Below are positions 51,716 to 64,000 of a stretch of 64,000 nucleotides of DNA, piece after piece; position 1 is the stretch's first letter; every line of letters begins with the position of its first letter. Source of the stretch: Tubiluchus corallicola (lineage: Eukaryota > Animalia > Priapulida); NCBI GenBank assembly GCA_030141605.1, contig JAQGDQ010000263.1, positions 206,511 to 270,510 of the forward strand. The letters are read 5' to 3'. A program made the translations under genes and the position numbers. The notes beneath the pieces were generated by a model. It saw nothing but the letters and a program-made list of their open reading frames with translations. It had not been told where the DNA came from and made no database searches.

Positions 51716-52159
51716 CAGTCAACCTCAGGTATAAGACACAATAGGTCCCAATTTTTCGTAACGTTTTTCCTATGTAAAAATCTTCGTATATAATGTACTC
51801 GGATATAAGGCACTTCGGTTATAAGGGAAGATATCTTCAGGACACGCATAATAGAAACCCAGGTAAATTACCTCGCATATATGGGACCCTATGATCAAAG
51901 CAAAATTCATCGATTTTTAACCTCAATTTTTCGCAAACTCGGTCTCCGAACAGCTCGGTTTCCGCGGTCACATACATGTCGCATCACTGAAAGAACTTCC
52001 TACATATGGTTTGTACTGAATGTGTAGCAATAATCCATAAAAATATGGGTAAAAGTACAGGTCTAGATACACCCTTGGTCTGACTCAACTTTGGCTATGA
52101 GGGATATAAGAGACGATTTTTTCGGATCCGGAGATGACCCTTATATCAGAGGTTGACTG
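51716..52159. mobile_element. pogo/Tigger-like (Tc1-mariner) MITE, copy 1
   Basis: ta|cagtcaacctc ... gaggttgactg|ta; TA target-site duplication. Confidence 0.85.
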
Positions 52160-52448
52160 TATGTGCAATTGTTGTATGACAAACTGCATGTGCTGACTGT
52201 GTTTACCAAGCAATTCAGTAATTTTTTATCCATCTAAAAACTTTATCAAGCATTCGAAACACTCTGTAAGTCAAAAATACAATGGACAATGTACAAATAG
52301 ACAATGTACAAATAGACAATGTCTTAATCCCCGTATTAACTTTTTGATGTTTTTGAAACAGCACAGACAACTACACGTATATGAAAAACACAACGTAATT
52401 TGACCTCTAAAAGTCACGTTCCAACTTCACAACCTGCAATGTACTTAC

Positions 52449-52610
52449 TCGTCTATATGCCTCGTCCATTGACAAAATTGCCAAGGTATTTCCCAATGAA
52501 CCGGTAAGTAGTGCTGCTGAACCAAATGCTCCGCCGACAGTGTGACCCATTATACTTTGCACACCCACAGATAGGCTGTCTGCAAACTCTTCTGGTCCTT
52601 TTATGGATGC
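52449..52610 (-). CDS. VPS13: VPS13-family exon
   Basis: cttcttag|ASIKGPEEFADSLSVGVQSIMGHTVGGAFGSAALLTGSLGNTLAILSMDEAYRR|gtaagt; 162 nt; 'GPEEF...GHTVGG' motif. Confidence 0.95.
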
Positions 52611-53665
52611 CTAAGAAGTGATTAAGAGTTAAGAAGTTTTCCTAACCATACAGGATAGGCAAGAGCAAGACAATGAAAATCAAGAAAACCTTCTAATTAC
52701 ACTCACATCTCGGCTTTTACGGATATCAGAAGAATCGGACAAAACTAGAAAGTCCCACATCCTAGAGAAAGTCCACACATAGAGCCTAATTAACGCAGGT
52801 ACGTATCTGTACTGCGTCTAATGCTGTTATGAAAAACGCTCAACTTCTCATTAGTTAGCAGGAGAAATATTAGCCTGGTTCTTTTTTATTGTCAATTGAA
52901 ATTGCAAGTGAGTTAGTGGAAATGTGTAAACTAGAAAAATGCAAAAACTTAGTAAATCTTGCAGACGAGCACATGGTTAGTTAAAACAGAAAAATACATC
53001 GCAGGCTTGATGTTCGTATGTTCAAAGGCAAGAGAGACTTAATATTTTTGTTGCTCATTTATTGTAAAGCAAGGCTAACTGGCTTATTTTCATTATTATA
53101 CTCATGTCTCTGTATTTTGTAGTGCTTTGAAACTTCGTCTCTACATTTTGTTTAAATTGAAAAGTCATTTTTTGGCTACTTGAAGTGTTAAGTTCGTGTT
53201 AAAATAGCTGCTGCTCTGCAAATTTGTGTTGATGAAAAAGAGCAATCAGTTTATCTGTTGATTAGGCATTAGTTGTGACTGCCATGTTGTTTAGTTTAAT
53301 TTGGTTTAGCTTAGACAGCTGTTGTCCAGAGTGCACTGCTGTCCCGAATACTGCCGAGGGAGCATACATTGCAGCGGGGGCGGAGCGATAGACCAATATG
53401 TCTGACGTCAATGAGGCGAATGCTTCTACATTACCGTGAGTCTAATACACGGCATCCACCGTATTAATTTAGCATCCGTAAATACAGACAATCGGCAAAT
53501 TCGGACCGACGTCTCCCCGCTATGTCTGGCAAACCGAGATATGAGTGTATTTCATTTTGTAAACACTATACATAACTACTCAAATCAACACAAAACTGCA
53601 GACAAAATCTTGCAGCAAATGTCATGCAGAATAAGAAACTGTGAAAAACTGTAATGCCAACTTAC

Positions 53666-53861
53666 CAGGCAAGGTTCGTAGAAAAAGTCGGCAAGACCTT
53701 GAGTAAAGTCCTGCACAAGTCCGTACGGGTTGCCAAGCATATCAAGACCAAGTATAAGTACGTAAGCCTGTTGCATTAACTGAGAGAGGTAATGACCCTT
53801 AATTTCACTCGTTAGCTGTGCCTTGCTCATTACGAGACCTCGACGTTCAAAAAATGCCATT
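53666..53861 (-). CDS. VPS13: VPS13-family exon (C-terminal region)
   Basis: MAFFERRGLVMSKAQLTSEIKGHYLSQLMQQAYVLILGLDMLGNPYGLVQDFTQGLADFFYEPCL; hallmark 'GLD.LGNP.GL...FFYEP'; tttag| and |gtaagt. Confidence 0.95.
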
Positions 53862-53902
53862 CTAAAGTTCGAAAAATAAAGATTTTAAAACAATACCTTT
53901 CA

Positions 53903-54330
<428 letters not shown>

Positions 54331-54475
54331 CTCCTCCCTTTATTTTTCTATGAAACCTGATTAAATCAGAAAACTCATAATATCCTGCTAATTCAAACTT
54401 CCCACATGCACATCTACAATGATCCACACTAAAACATAAATCACTAAATCATCAGATAAGAGTTGAACATCTTAC

Positions 54476-54612
54476 CGGAGTTCCACATCTTTAACATCAA
54501 TGAGTGAAGAACCCAAGGAAAGAATCAGAAAATCTACAATGTTCGTTCCAAAAACTGTTTGCCCGCCATTTTGCTGATGGACCGTCCCACGTAATGAAAG
54601 GCTTACCTCAAA
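54476..54612 (-). CDS. VPS13: VPS13-family exon
   Basis: tttacag|FEVSLSLRGTVHQQNGGQTVFGTNIVDFLILSLGSSLIDVKDVELR|gtaaga; phase 0 to 2. Confidence 0.9.
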
Positions 54613-55288
54613 CTGTAAACAAATTTTAGAAAAATTAACTTTAATTATGAAATATGAATTGTACAACCATCACTGAATGGCTGACCTTTCCAATATCCCA
54701 TCACAATAATTCTACAAACTACTGTGCCAATTTGCATACAGGTTAAACTGAATCCAGAAATGTTTAGTAGAAATTAGATTTTACCTGTGGCAGATTTTTA
54801 AAATGAAATGTCTATGCATTTGGAAAACCAAAATTTCGGAAAACAAATTTGGAAAACTAGTTACAACAAAACCCCATTTTATACGATGATTTCTTAAAGT
54901 CCCGCCAGTATGTGTTCAATACAAAAAAAATCACTTGTAATACGATTTCTGCCGTGGACCCCCCCCCCCCGTCTAGACACTCTTCACCTGTTGCCAATCG
55001 TGACCATAGCTTAGTCTATTGTTTTTACAACTCATTACACCTCATAACATAATGCATGTAACGAACAATATCATGGCTAGGCCAACTGTTGATTTCATTA
55101 ATCAACTGCACAGATTTAAATGCCACCAGTCAAATTATTAATTTCTGAAAAGACTTTGGCTTCCCACTCTGACAGCAATTTGCCATTATGTAGTTTAAAT
55201 CACCTGTGTTTGTTACCGCCCACTGTTTACAGGTATCCAGTTATACATGTGATACTAAAGCAGCAAAAAGTAACATACTGCAGTCTCT

Positions 55289-56495
55289 CTGGCACCACTA
55301 ACCCTCTTGTTTGCAGGCTTGCTTTTACTGTACTAGACTGACTGGCACCACTAACCCTCTTGTTTGCAGGCTTGCTTTTACTGTACTAGACTGACTGGCA
55401 CCACTAACCCTCTTGTTTGCAGGCTTGCTTTTACTGTACTAGACTGACTGGCACCACTAACCCTCTTGTTTGCTGGCTTGCTTTTACTGTACTAGACTGA
55501 CTGGCACCACTAACCCTCTTGTTTGCAGGCTTGCTTTTACTGTACTAGACTGACTGGCACCACTAACCCTCTTGTTTGCAGGCTTGCTTTTACTGTACTA
55601 GACTGACTGGCACCACTAACCCTCTTGTTTGCAGGCTTGCTTTTACTGTACTAGACTGACTGGCACCACTAACCCTCTTGTTTGCAGGCTTGCTTTTACT
55701 GTACTAGACTGACTGGCACCACTAACCCTCTTGTTTGCAGGCTTGCTTTTACTGTACTAGACTGACTGGCACCACTAACCCTCTTGTTTGCAGGCTTGCT
55801 TTTACTGTACTAGACTGACTGGCACCACTAACCCTCTTGTTTGCAGGCTTGCTTACTGTACTAGACTGACTGGCACCACTAACCCTCTTGTTTGCTGGCT
55901 TGCTTTTACTGTACTAGACTGACTGGCACCACTAACCCTCTTGTTTGCTGCTTGCTTACTGTACTAGACTGACTGGCACCACTAACCCTCTTGTTTGCGC
56001 TCTTACTGTACTAGACTGACTGGCACCACTAACCCTCTTGTTTGCAGGCTTGCTTACTGTACTAGACTGACTGGCACCACTAACCCTCTTGTTTGCAGGC
56101 TTGCTTACTGTATAGACTGACTGGCACCACTAACCCTTGTTTGCAGGCTTGCTTTTACTGTACTAGACTGACTGGCACCACTAACCCTCTTGTTGGCTGG
56201 CTTGCTTTTACTGTACTAGACTGACTGGCACCACTAACCCTCTTGTTTGCAGGCTTGCTTTTACTGTACTAGACTGACTGGCACCACTAACCCTCTTGTT
56301 TGCAGGCTTGCTTTTACTGTACTAGACTGACTGGCACCACTAACCCTCTTGTTTGCAGGCTTGCTTTTACTGTACTAGACTGACTGGCACCACTAACCCT
56401 CTTGTTTGCAGGCTTGCTTTTACTGTACTAGACTGACTGGCACCACTAACCCTCTTGTTTGCAGGCTTGCTTTTACTGTACTAGACTGACTGGCA
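55289..56495. repeat. 53-bp minisatellite, about 23 copies, in a VPS13 intron
   Basis: Unit ctggcaccactaaccctcttgtttgcaggcttgcttttactgtactagactga. Confidence 0.97.
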
Positions 56496-56677
56496 GAGTG
56501 TTGCTTGTAATTTGTACTTGTGGAAACGGCGGTTAAACAAACTTAAATTACTTTTACTGATTAAAAGATAACCAATGTAATGGTTATAGGCAGTAGCTTC
56601 GGGTTAAGGTTAGAAATAACATTAAGAGTTAATAGAAATGTACGCAACGGATGGTACGAAACACGTTTAGTACAAAA

Positions 56678-56848
56678 AAATATCTGGGTCCCGTGAATAT
56701 CGTATTTCCGGGATTTGAGTGTAGATAATTTTTGTGTGATATTGCACAACACATGGAACACAAAACAAATATCTGGGTCCCGTGAATATCGTATTTCCGG
56801 GATTTGAGTGTAGATAATTTTTGTGTGATATTGCACAACACATGGAAC
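56678..56848. repeat. Tandem duplication with a period of about 89 bp
   Basis: aaatatctgggtcccgtgaatatcg...gcacaacacatggaac occurs twice. Confidence 0.9.
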
Positions 56849-56997
56849 GTACATGTTATTGTAACAGTTATTGCAAAGCCACTTTACAATGCAAGGTGAC
56901 TAAAGCTGAGCACATGCAAAGCTACAGTACAATCATCCAGCAACACCAAAAACCTCCATCTAGATGCTGCTTATGAAATTTAACGAAGACAGCAAAC

Positions 56998-57120
56998 CTT
57001 GAGTGGTGACAGATGAATAAACTCAAACACGGTCTTCGGCTGCTGTTGTGAGATAAGAAATGAAGCTATTTCTTTCAAGTCCCGATGAATGTTGTTTAAA
57101 TCTCTTTGTAACTGTAAACT
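56998..57120 (-). CDS. VPS13: VPS13-family exon
   Basis: ttttttcag|SLQLQRDLNNIHRDLKEIASFLISQQQPKTVFEFIHLSPLK|gtttgc; 123 nt; 'FE..HLSP.K' motif. Confidence 0.88.
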
Positions 57121-57312
57121 CTGAAAAAACAAATTTTCAAACATCCAAGCACAACTCAGAAATACTTAGTAAAACAAGCACTAGCTCTCTGAGGAATGCA
57201 AAGAGAATATCTAGGTCAAAATGTGCATTTTTCATACAGCTGAATTACAAATATCAATCAGTCTATTAAAATTACTCTGCCTCTTTGGAGTACAAACGGA
57301 TATTAATCTACA

Positions 57313-58014
57313 ACTAGCAAAGGCCTGCAAAAAATTTTGCATGTAGATACACTTATAATCAGTAATACGCGAACATCCTACATAGTCCTCATTTATAACG
57401 CAAAGCTTTTACTGAATAAAAGTTATATGGTTATAGACAGAGTGTAATGGATGACGTCAGAACAATGGCTTTGCATCAGCAGTTTTCTAAGCGAAAATCG
57501 TGCGAAATGGAACCTCCAATCAACTCATCACAGCTCCTCACAGTGAATGTTTCCTAAAATACAGCCTGCATCATTGTGTAGCCCTGTTCCTCCTCTTTTT
57601 AAAAAGCTATATATCTCCTTCCGCTAGAATGTTTTTTCTACAGGCTGTTTGGCCAAAATTTCGTAAAAATCTGGAGTTGGATCCGGGAAAACACCTATCA
57701 CGGGACACCGTAGCCCTCCGGCAAAATCCAAATATGACTATTACACCCACCGCTGAATGGGCTATCTAACCATTACTGACACTGCCGCCAGCACGTTTAC
57801 GTTCTCTAGAAATAAGAGGTATAAGTTTTGCAATTTTTTGCAAAAAATGGCGGAAAAATGGCCAATTTTTAAGATTTTGGACCCACCCCCTTCGTCCCGG
57901 TGGGCCCGATTCGAAAAATAAACCCCTAATGGCAAATCTGTGGATCGGGTCCTCTCATTTGATGCATAGATCGTCAAGAACGGAGACGTCGTCGCAGCTG
58001 TGGCCTTGTCGGTT
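57313..58014 (+). mobile_element. Interspersed repeat, partial copy near 41380-41762
   Basis: Both copies begin aactagcaaaggcc and share ggttatagacagag...ggatgacgtca...gccctgttc blocks. Confidence 0.65.
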
Positions 58015-58906
58015 ATATAAATGCCCATATACCACCAAAATTAATATATACAATGATTGTACAAGAAAAGAGTAATATATAATTGTAAAACAGATGAACA
58101 TTTAGAGGAAAATTTTTAGAAAAATGGATGTTTTGTTCAGTTATTAAGATGCCCCTGATGAACACGTAAAATATATTACGTGTAATAATTATAACAGACA
58201 AACAAAAAGCAATAATTGGGGTATTACCGAAAGTTCGATGCTTATGCAGTTTGAACAACATCAATTATTTATTGGTTAAAGCACCAACATATTTGTTTAA
58301 CAATAATCTTTATTGCCGTCCATCTAAATTTTAAATTAATATTCTTTAATAAAACTTCATAATTTCACGTACAGCTGCATATTTGAACCATCTGCATTTA
58401 CATCAAAGTCATTCAGCTATTTTCTAGAAATTTGTGATAATGCATTACAGCTGCTTTAACAGCTTGGTAGCAAATAGCAAAGATTTAAAATTATAGCAAC
58501 CCTCCAACCATAAACTTGTATAAGCTGTTCTGATACGAAACTTAACGCCTACAAATCTTCTATGAAAGGCCAAGTCTTCTGGGAGGTTAAGCTTATTTCA
58601 ATATTCGCGAAAATTGTAGAAGGATTTAGCAATAAAACTACAATAAGCGCCTTGTGTAACTAGTAAAATCATTTTAAAGTCGGGATCACTTCATGCTTGG
58701 CTGCTTCCACTTTCAATGTCCGTTCTTCTTCCAATGACATCACTATCAAGCTTCATCAAAAGTATAATACGTTTTTGCAAAAAATTGATAGTTGAATTTT
58801 AATACTATTTTAATTTTAATTAGATTATGCGAAAAAATGGAAATACATTAATTTTAACAGTTAATGGCTAAACTTTAAACTCAAACTGTAAAGCAAAATT
58901 GTCAAC

Positions 58907-59009
58907 CTCAGATTTCTTTGGCTTCCAAGGACTGAATATGTCAATCACAGACATGACGAAGCCTTTGTCCGCTTTGACGCGGAATTCTTTCACTAAGACC
59001 TGCATGTAC
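58907..59009 (-). CDS. VPS13: VPS13-family exon
   Basis: ctttcag|YMQVLVKEFRVKADKGFVMSVIDIFSPWKPKKSE|gttgac; matches the VPS13 'Y..VL..E..VK.D.GF' pattern; phase 2 to 0. Confidence 0.9.
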
Positions 59010-60278
59010 CTGAAAGAGGTAAAAAACTCGTTTATCCGCATGAACCTGAAACATGAAAACTTTTTAGGTTTAATGAAAAGACAACAAATATGCGAATAAT
59101 AGAAAAGCGGAAAATAAACAGCATCAGTCCTTGAAATAAGGCGAATGGAAATTGAAATTTTTCAATCTGCCTTTTCACAGTTTCACAGCAATTGCTGTAG
59201 GTCAAAGGTTAAGTGTACCACAGCAATGCATCTTAACTATAACCCTCATGAGTTGTGTAGGAAAAGCAAAGCCATCTGTCACATCAGTTCAGTAACTTCA
59301 GTTGTTTTGCATGGAACCATGTTACTTAACTATGCTTAGTCTATGCGTTGAGAGATTTGCACTTACCCTGGTACACTTAACCTTTGACCTTTTCATGATC
59401 ATGATCAATTGCTGGAACTGTGAAAAGGCTTATTCTCTGAGTTATGCCATCATCACACTTTTTAAGACAACTCCATGTTAAACAAAAAACGGACATCCGC
59501 AATCAACACGCAAATCTTTAAACACAGTACCTTAAGTATATCACAGGGCATTGATACGTATACAAAAGTAATAATAGAATCAAACTAATGTATGAATGTA
59601 ACTAATGCTACAGTGGGAAGTTTCAGCGCACTTTATTTGCGTAGGAAAATTACGCACTCTGAAACCAACCGGTAACATGTTTTGCAAAATGACTTTCTAA
59701 ACTATTATTCACAATGCTCAGAAACATAGTAAAATTTAGCGTAATTGTGAGAGACTACTACTTCATGATGCCCAAAGTCAAAAAATTCATGTTTGAGTAG
59801 CTTTATTACGTTTCATCTGTAAGAAAAATCATCACAAAATATAACAAACTAATTTGAGCAAAAAGGAAACAAGGAAATTAATAATAAAGTCAGACTGAAT
59901 AATCAAAATAAACTTACATCATGGCTCTACTACTCTTGACAAATAAATGGTTTAACTGAGACAAACAACAACAACAACTCTCTTGGCCAAGAACCGACTG
60001 CCAACAGACCAGGTAAACTAGCTCTGTCAGTAGAGCATGACAGAAAGAAGCCAAGTCAAGACATACATACAAATGCAGTTAAAAAGGACAGTATAGGGGG
60101 AGGTTCACAGAATGAGAGAACACTGAAGTAATAAAATAACCTAAAATCCTTCACAGTAATCGTCACTACTAATAAGTACATCACTTGTAAATTTTCAAAC
60201 CATCAAGAGCTTTCTAACATCGTAATGTAATATGCACTTGTTGTACATCAGCTATTAACTGCAAGGTAAATTACTTAC

Positions 60279-60430
60279 TGTAAGGTAACAGCATTTACAT
60301 CAGGTGTTTTACGGTACAAAACAGCAACATCAATGAACGGTGAAGCACCTCCGTATTTTGTGGAATTCAGTTTGAATGGAGCCGGATAGAAAACAGTATG
60401 AAATACCGCATCAGATAACTGGTTGTCCAA
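60279..60430 (-). CDS. VPS13: VPS13-family exon
   Basis: ttcttgtag|LDNQLSDAVFHTVFYPAPFKLNSTKYGGASPFIDVAVLYRKTPDVNAVTL|gtaagt; 152 nt, phase 0 to 2. Confidence 0.9.
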
Positions 60431-61096
60431 CTACAAGAAATAAAAGAAATAAAAAGAAGAAATCAACTTAAACATATATACATTACGGTTACAGCAATAT
60501 TTTGTAAGGTAAAACGAAATTTTTTGTATCGTGGCTCCATCTCTTGGAGCCAACTTTAAAATATGTCTTGCTTCAGCAGGTTGAATGTCACATGACCCAA
60601 GGTACCTAACTTACTTGGCTGCACAGGTGAGCAGAGCTTGTTGTTTAAAAATTGCTAGTTTAAATTTTTGTAGTTTACACTGTGAAAAAATGTAAATTGC
60701 GAATCTATAATGTCTGAGCAAGACAAGGAGGCAAAGATGTATGTATTTAGTATCTTACTTTTCATATTTTCTTACTTTTTGCCAAGTTACAATGAAGTAA
60801 TGTTCTGTTAACCTGTTGAACTAAAAATTTCAGTTTGCTTATTTAACAGGTAAAATGAAATGGTTATGATCATGCTTGTGGTTATGTTTTTGATGGATTG
60901 GACGATTTCATAAATAAAGTGGTCAAACTACAAAGCAACTTTCCAATTGTTTAATATTCGTGGAACAAATAACCAAAAAATAAAAAATGGAAAATCAAAC
61001 ACTAGTATGTAACATACGACTAAACACTGTTGTGTGTGTGTGTGTGTGCGCGTGCGTGCGTGCGTGTGTGCATGCGTGTGCATGCGTGTGAATATA

Positions 61097-61165
<69 letters not shown>

Positions 61166-61709
61166 AAGATTTGAATTAATAAGACAGACTATATACAGAG
61201 CAAAAGCAGTGACACTGTGACAAACTGCAGAACATCGCCTTGTGTTTGACTGCTGCAATTATTATTGTCATCATCATCACCATCAAGTCTTGCTGTCGAC
61301 AACATAATCGTCGTATTAAAAACCGCCGCTTTTTCAACCTTGCTAAAACCATTACACGTGCCAGTGTGACATCAAGTTAGTTCAAACTTGCCAAACAACT
61401 TTCTGGGTAATAAAAACAAGGTAGCTTGCATATCTGCGTACACTTTGATACATAATTTACACAGGCCTACATAGCTTATCAGATAGACATTACCACTTTA
61501 TACTTATGCAGCAAGAAAACGACAATTATTGCAACAGAGACAAAAACACTTAATGGTACGCACGATTATTCTACTAAAAGACATCTAAAAACCTGAACTG
61601 TTAAAGTGCAATAAACAACGTGGCACACAGACAGAAAAAATTATAGTGTATTGCACCATTTAATATACATGGCAGATGCTAATTAATCAAAATAACTCAA
61701 AAATAACTA

Positions 61710-62182
61710 CAGTCAACCTCAAGTATAAGGTACTCGCTTATAAAGGACCACCAGCACTGGTCCCGATTTTTCGTAATATTTTTCTTATGTAGAAATCTTC
61801 GTATATAAGGTACTCGGATATAAGGGACTTTCGGTTATAAGGGACGATATCTTCAGGTCCCGCGTAATAGAAACCCAGGTAAATTACCTCGCATATAAAG
61901 GACCCTATGATCAAAGCGAAATTGATCGATTTTTAACCTTAAATTTTCGCAAACTCGGGTTTCGAACAGCTCGGTTTCCGCGGTCACATACATCTCTTAT
62001 CACTGAAGGAGCTTCCTACATACCGTTTGCACTGAATGTGTAGAAATAATCCATAAAAATACGGGTAAAAGTACAGAAAAGTATAGGTCTAGATACACCC
62101 TTGGTCTAACTATAACTCAACTTCGGCTATAAGGGATGGTTTTCTCCGGTCCCAAGGTGTCCCTTATATCCAAGGTTGACTG
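61710..62182. mobile_element. pogo/Tigger-like MITE, copy 2
   Basis: ta|cagtcaacctc ... aaggttgactg|ta; colinear with 51716-52159. Confidence 0.85.
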
Positions 62183-63022
62183 TATGCAGCAAGAACTTCC
62201 AAACCCGGATACCAGCACGTTAAACATATAGCTTTTAGATAATAAATATTAATATCTTTAGTGACCTTAAACATGTTCAGAAGACAAAGACAAAGAAGTA
62301 ACTGATAGAGATGTAGTTACAAGACAGAAACCATTCATATTTTAGGGCAAGAATCCACTCACAGACACACAGGTTGCGCGTTGAAGGAAATGACTTGTTA
62401 CGTTGATAACACTTTTTCATAGTGTATTATTACAGGATAATAATTCAAAGCATTGGTTTTCACGACAACTATGGAAAAAATAATTCATACGCCTATATCT
62501 GATCCGTACAGTCTAGAATCTAATGAACTGGCTAACAGGGAGAGGGGATCTACGCTGATGGATACAGTACATGTTGACTAGTGTATTTCATCAGTTGAGA
62601 CCACTTGTAAGTTAGGTTTACTTAAAGCAAAACCGGAATTAATCTTAAACTGTAGGTCAAAACAATCCACTCTTTAAAATATTGAAAGGTAACATACAGA
62701 ATATCTTACAGTAGCACTGCACTTCAAATTTTGCTTTCGCAAACACGTGCAACACGCTCGTAGAATATTTTTGCTGTTGAAAATTATGTTAGTTTGTGAC
62801 GTCATCAGTAGTTGAGCTCGCCTGCCGTTAATTAAGTTTTTTAATCTATCATTTAATTATCAGAAACGCTTTTGCAGTATTAATCGTGTTAAAATGTATA
62901 TTTTTATCGGACTTGAAAATGGGGTAGTATACGAAAAATCATCCTTTCTTTAATCTGAAATTTTCCTTCAATGTTAAATGTATCGTAATTAGACAAACAA
63001 ACAATCTCAATGATTCACTCAC

Positions 63023-63175
63023 CTGTAGCCTGTGAATTTTACTTCTAAAGTACATCTGGTGGTCAGACTTTCGGCCATGAAGCCAAACTCCGGGTTCACA
63101 CTTCCGACAAATTTGACCGAAAAACGGTTTGACCATCTGCATCCGCTCAAAATCCACCTGAATGCAATGTGACAT
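63023..63175 (-). CDS. VPS13: VPS13-family exon (first in window; gene continues beyond the right edge)
   Basis: Pyrimidine tract plus AG before 63175 (alternative AG would start the exon at 63157). Encodes (MSHCIQ)VDFERMQMVKPFFGQICRKCEPGVWLHGRKSDHQMYFRSKIHRLQ, then cag|gtgagt. Joins in phase 0 to give the VPS13 'LQ.DNQL' motif. Confidence 0.85.
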
Positions 63176-63428
63176 CTTAAGTATAAAAAGACAAAAACAA
63201 AGAAAAAATAAATAAATAGCAATACAACCTTCGTGCGATAACTGAAAAATAAATAATTACAAAAACATGTGCGTTCTAAAACTAATTAAGGTGATGTAAT
63301 TAATGGCTGTAATAAAAATAGGCAGAATTTAATATGAATAAATGAATTCAACAAAAAAAGACAAATTTGTGATGCTACTTATTTTTCTTTGTGAAATAAA
63401 TAAATTTCCTTTATAAAGAAGCATTCAC

Positions 63429-63558
<130 letters not shown>

Positions 63559-63785
63559 CTTTATTTAAAGTCAACAATTAACATTAGCTCAAAGACCTAT
63601 TATCGCCGACTGTAAATAACAACCTACAACTTCATAACAGAGACTATTATTACTCCACTTTTACCCTAAATACCACGCGTCAGGCAGGGCAAAGTTTTAA
63701 AGTCTTTGGTATGACCCGGCCGCTGGTTCGAACTCACGACCTCCCAGACATATAGCAGATGCATTACAACTAGACTAAACCGTCT
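63559..63785 (-). mobile_element. tRNA-derived SINE with (TTA)n tail
   Basis: Minus strand: tagtctagttgtaa (A-box-like), gagttcgaacc (B box), gggtcataccaaagactttaaaa core, then AATAAAG and the microsatellite at 63430-63558. Confidence 0.65.
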
Positions 63786-64000
63786 GATTTGCACTGGTTG
63801 CATACTGCAACTGTTTTACTAAAAGCTATTTAATGTTTGATTCAGTGACATCGTTGTAATTGTAATTTATTATCACTTCAGCATGTATTTTTACATTGCA
63901 ATTTGCATTATTATCTTTATAACTATTATGCACGATTATAACTAGGAAAATGAAATATAGTTACAATAATTGTAACAGAACTACATTAGTATACTATAGC

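Noticed and set aside
55289-56495. CRISPR array
   Set aside because: The whole 53-bp unit is repeated with no variable spacer, and it lies inside a spliceosomal intron.

Overview
AT-rich, repeat-dense eukaryotic (animal, probably invertebrate) genomic DNA with GT-AG introns, not a prokaryotic locus. On the minus strand at the right (about 45.4-63.2 kb) lie the last 13 coding exons of a VPS13A/C-like lipid-transfer gene; all 12 joins are phase-consistent by hand. Its last intron holds a young, 5'-truncated, same-strand RTE retrotransposon with an intact RT ORF. The insertion junction forms a plausible splice acceptor in frame with the upstream VPS13 exon, so a VPS13-RT chimeric isoform is possible. 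Other host coding sequence: a single-coding-exon GT11 alpha-1,2-fucosyltransferase (+, 31.8-32.9 kb), an unrecognised multi-exon gene (-, from 40359) with tandem 14-3-3-type motifs, and an orphan C-type lectin terminal exon (+, 41.9-42.1 kb). The rest is transposon debris and tandem repeats: a LINE endonuclease ORF with a decayed 2A-like peptide, a 5S-headed SINE, tRNA-SINEs, Kolobok-, piggyBac- and pogo-like MITEs, LINE 3' fragments, an LTR-like segment with a heat-shock element, and many mini- and microsatellites. No CRISPR array. All calls were made by eye without database searches.
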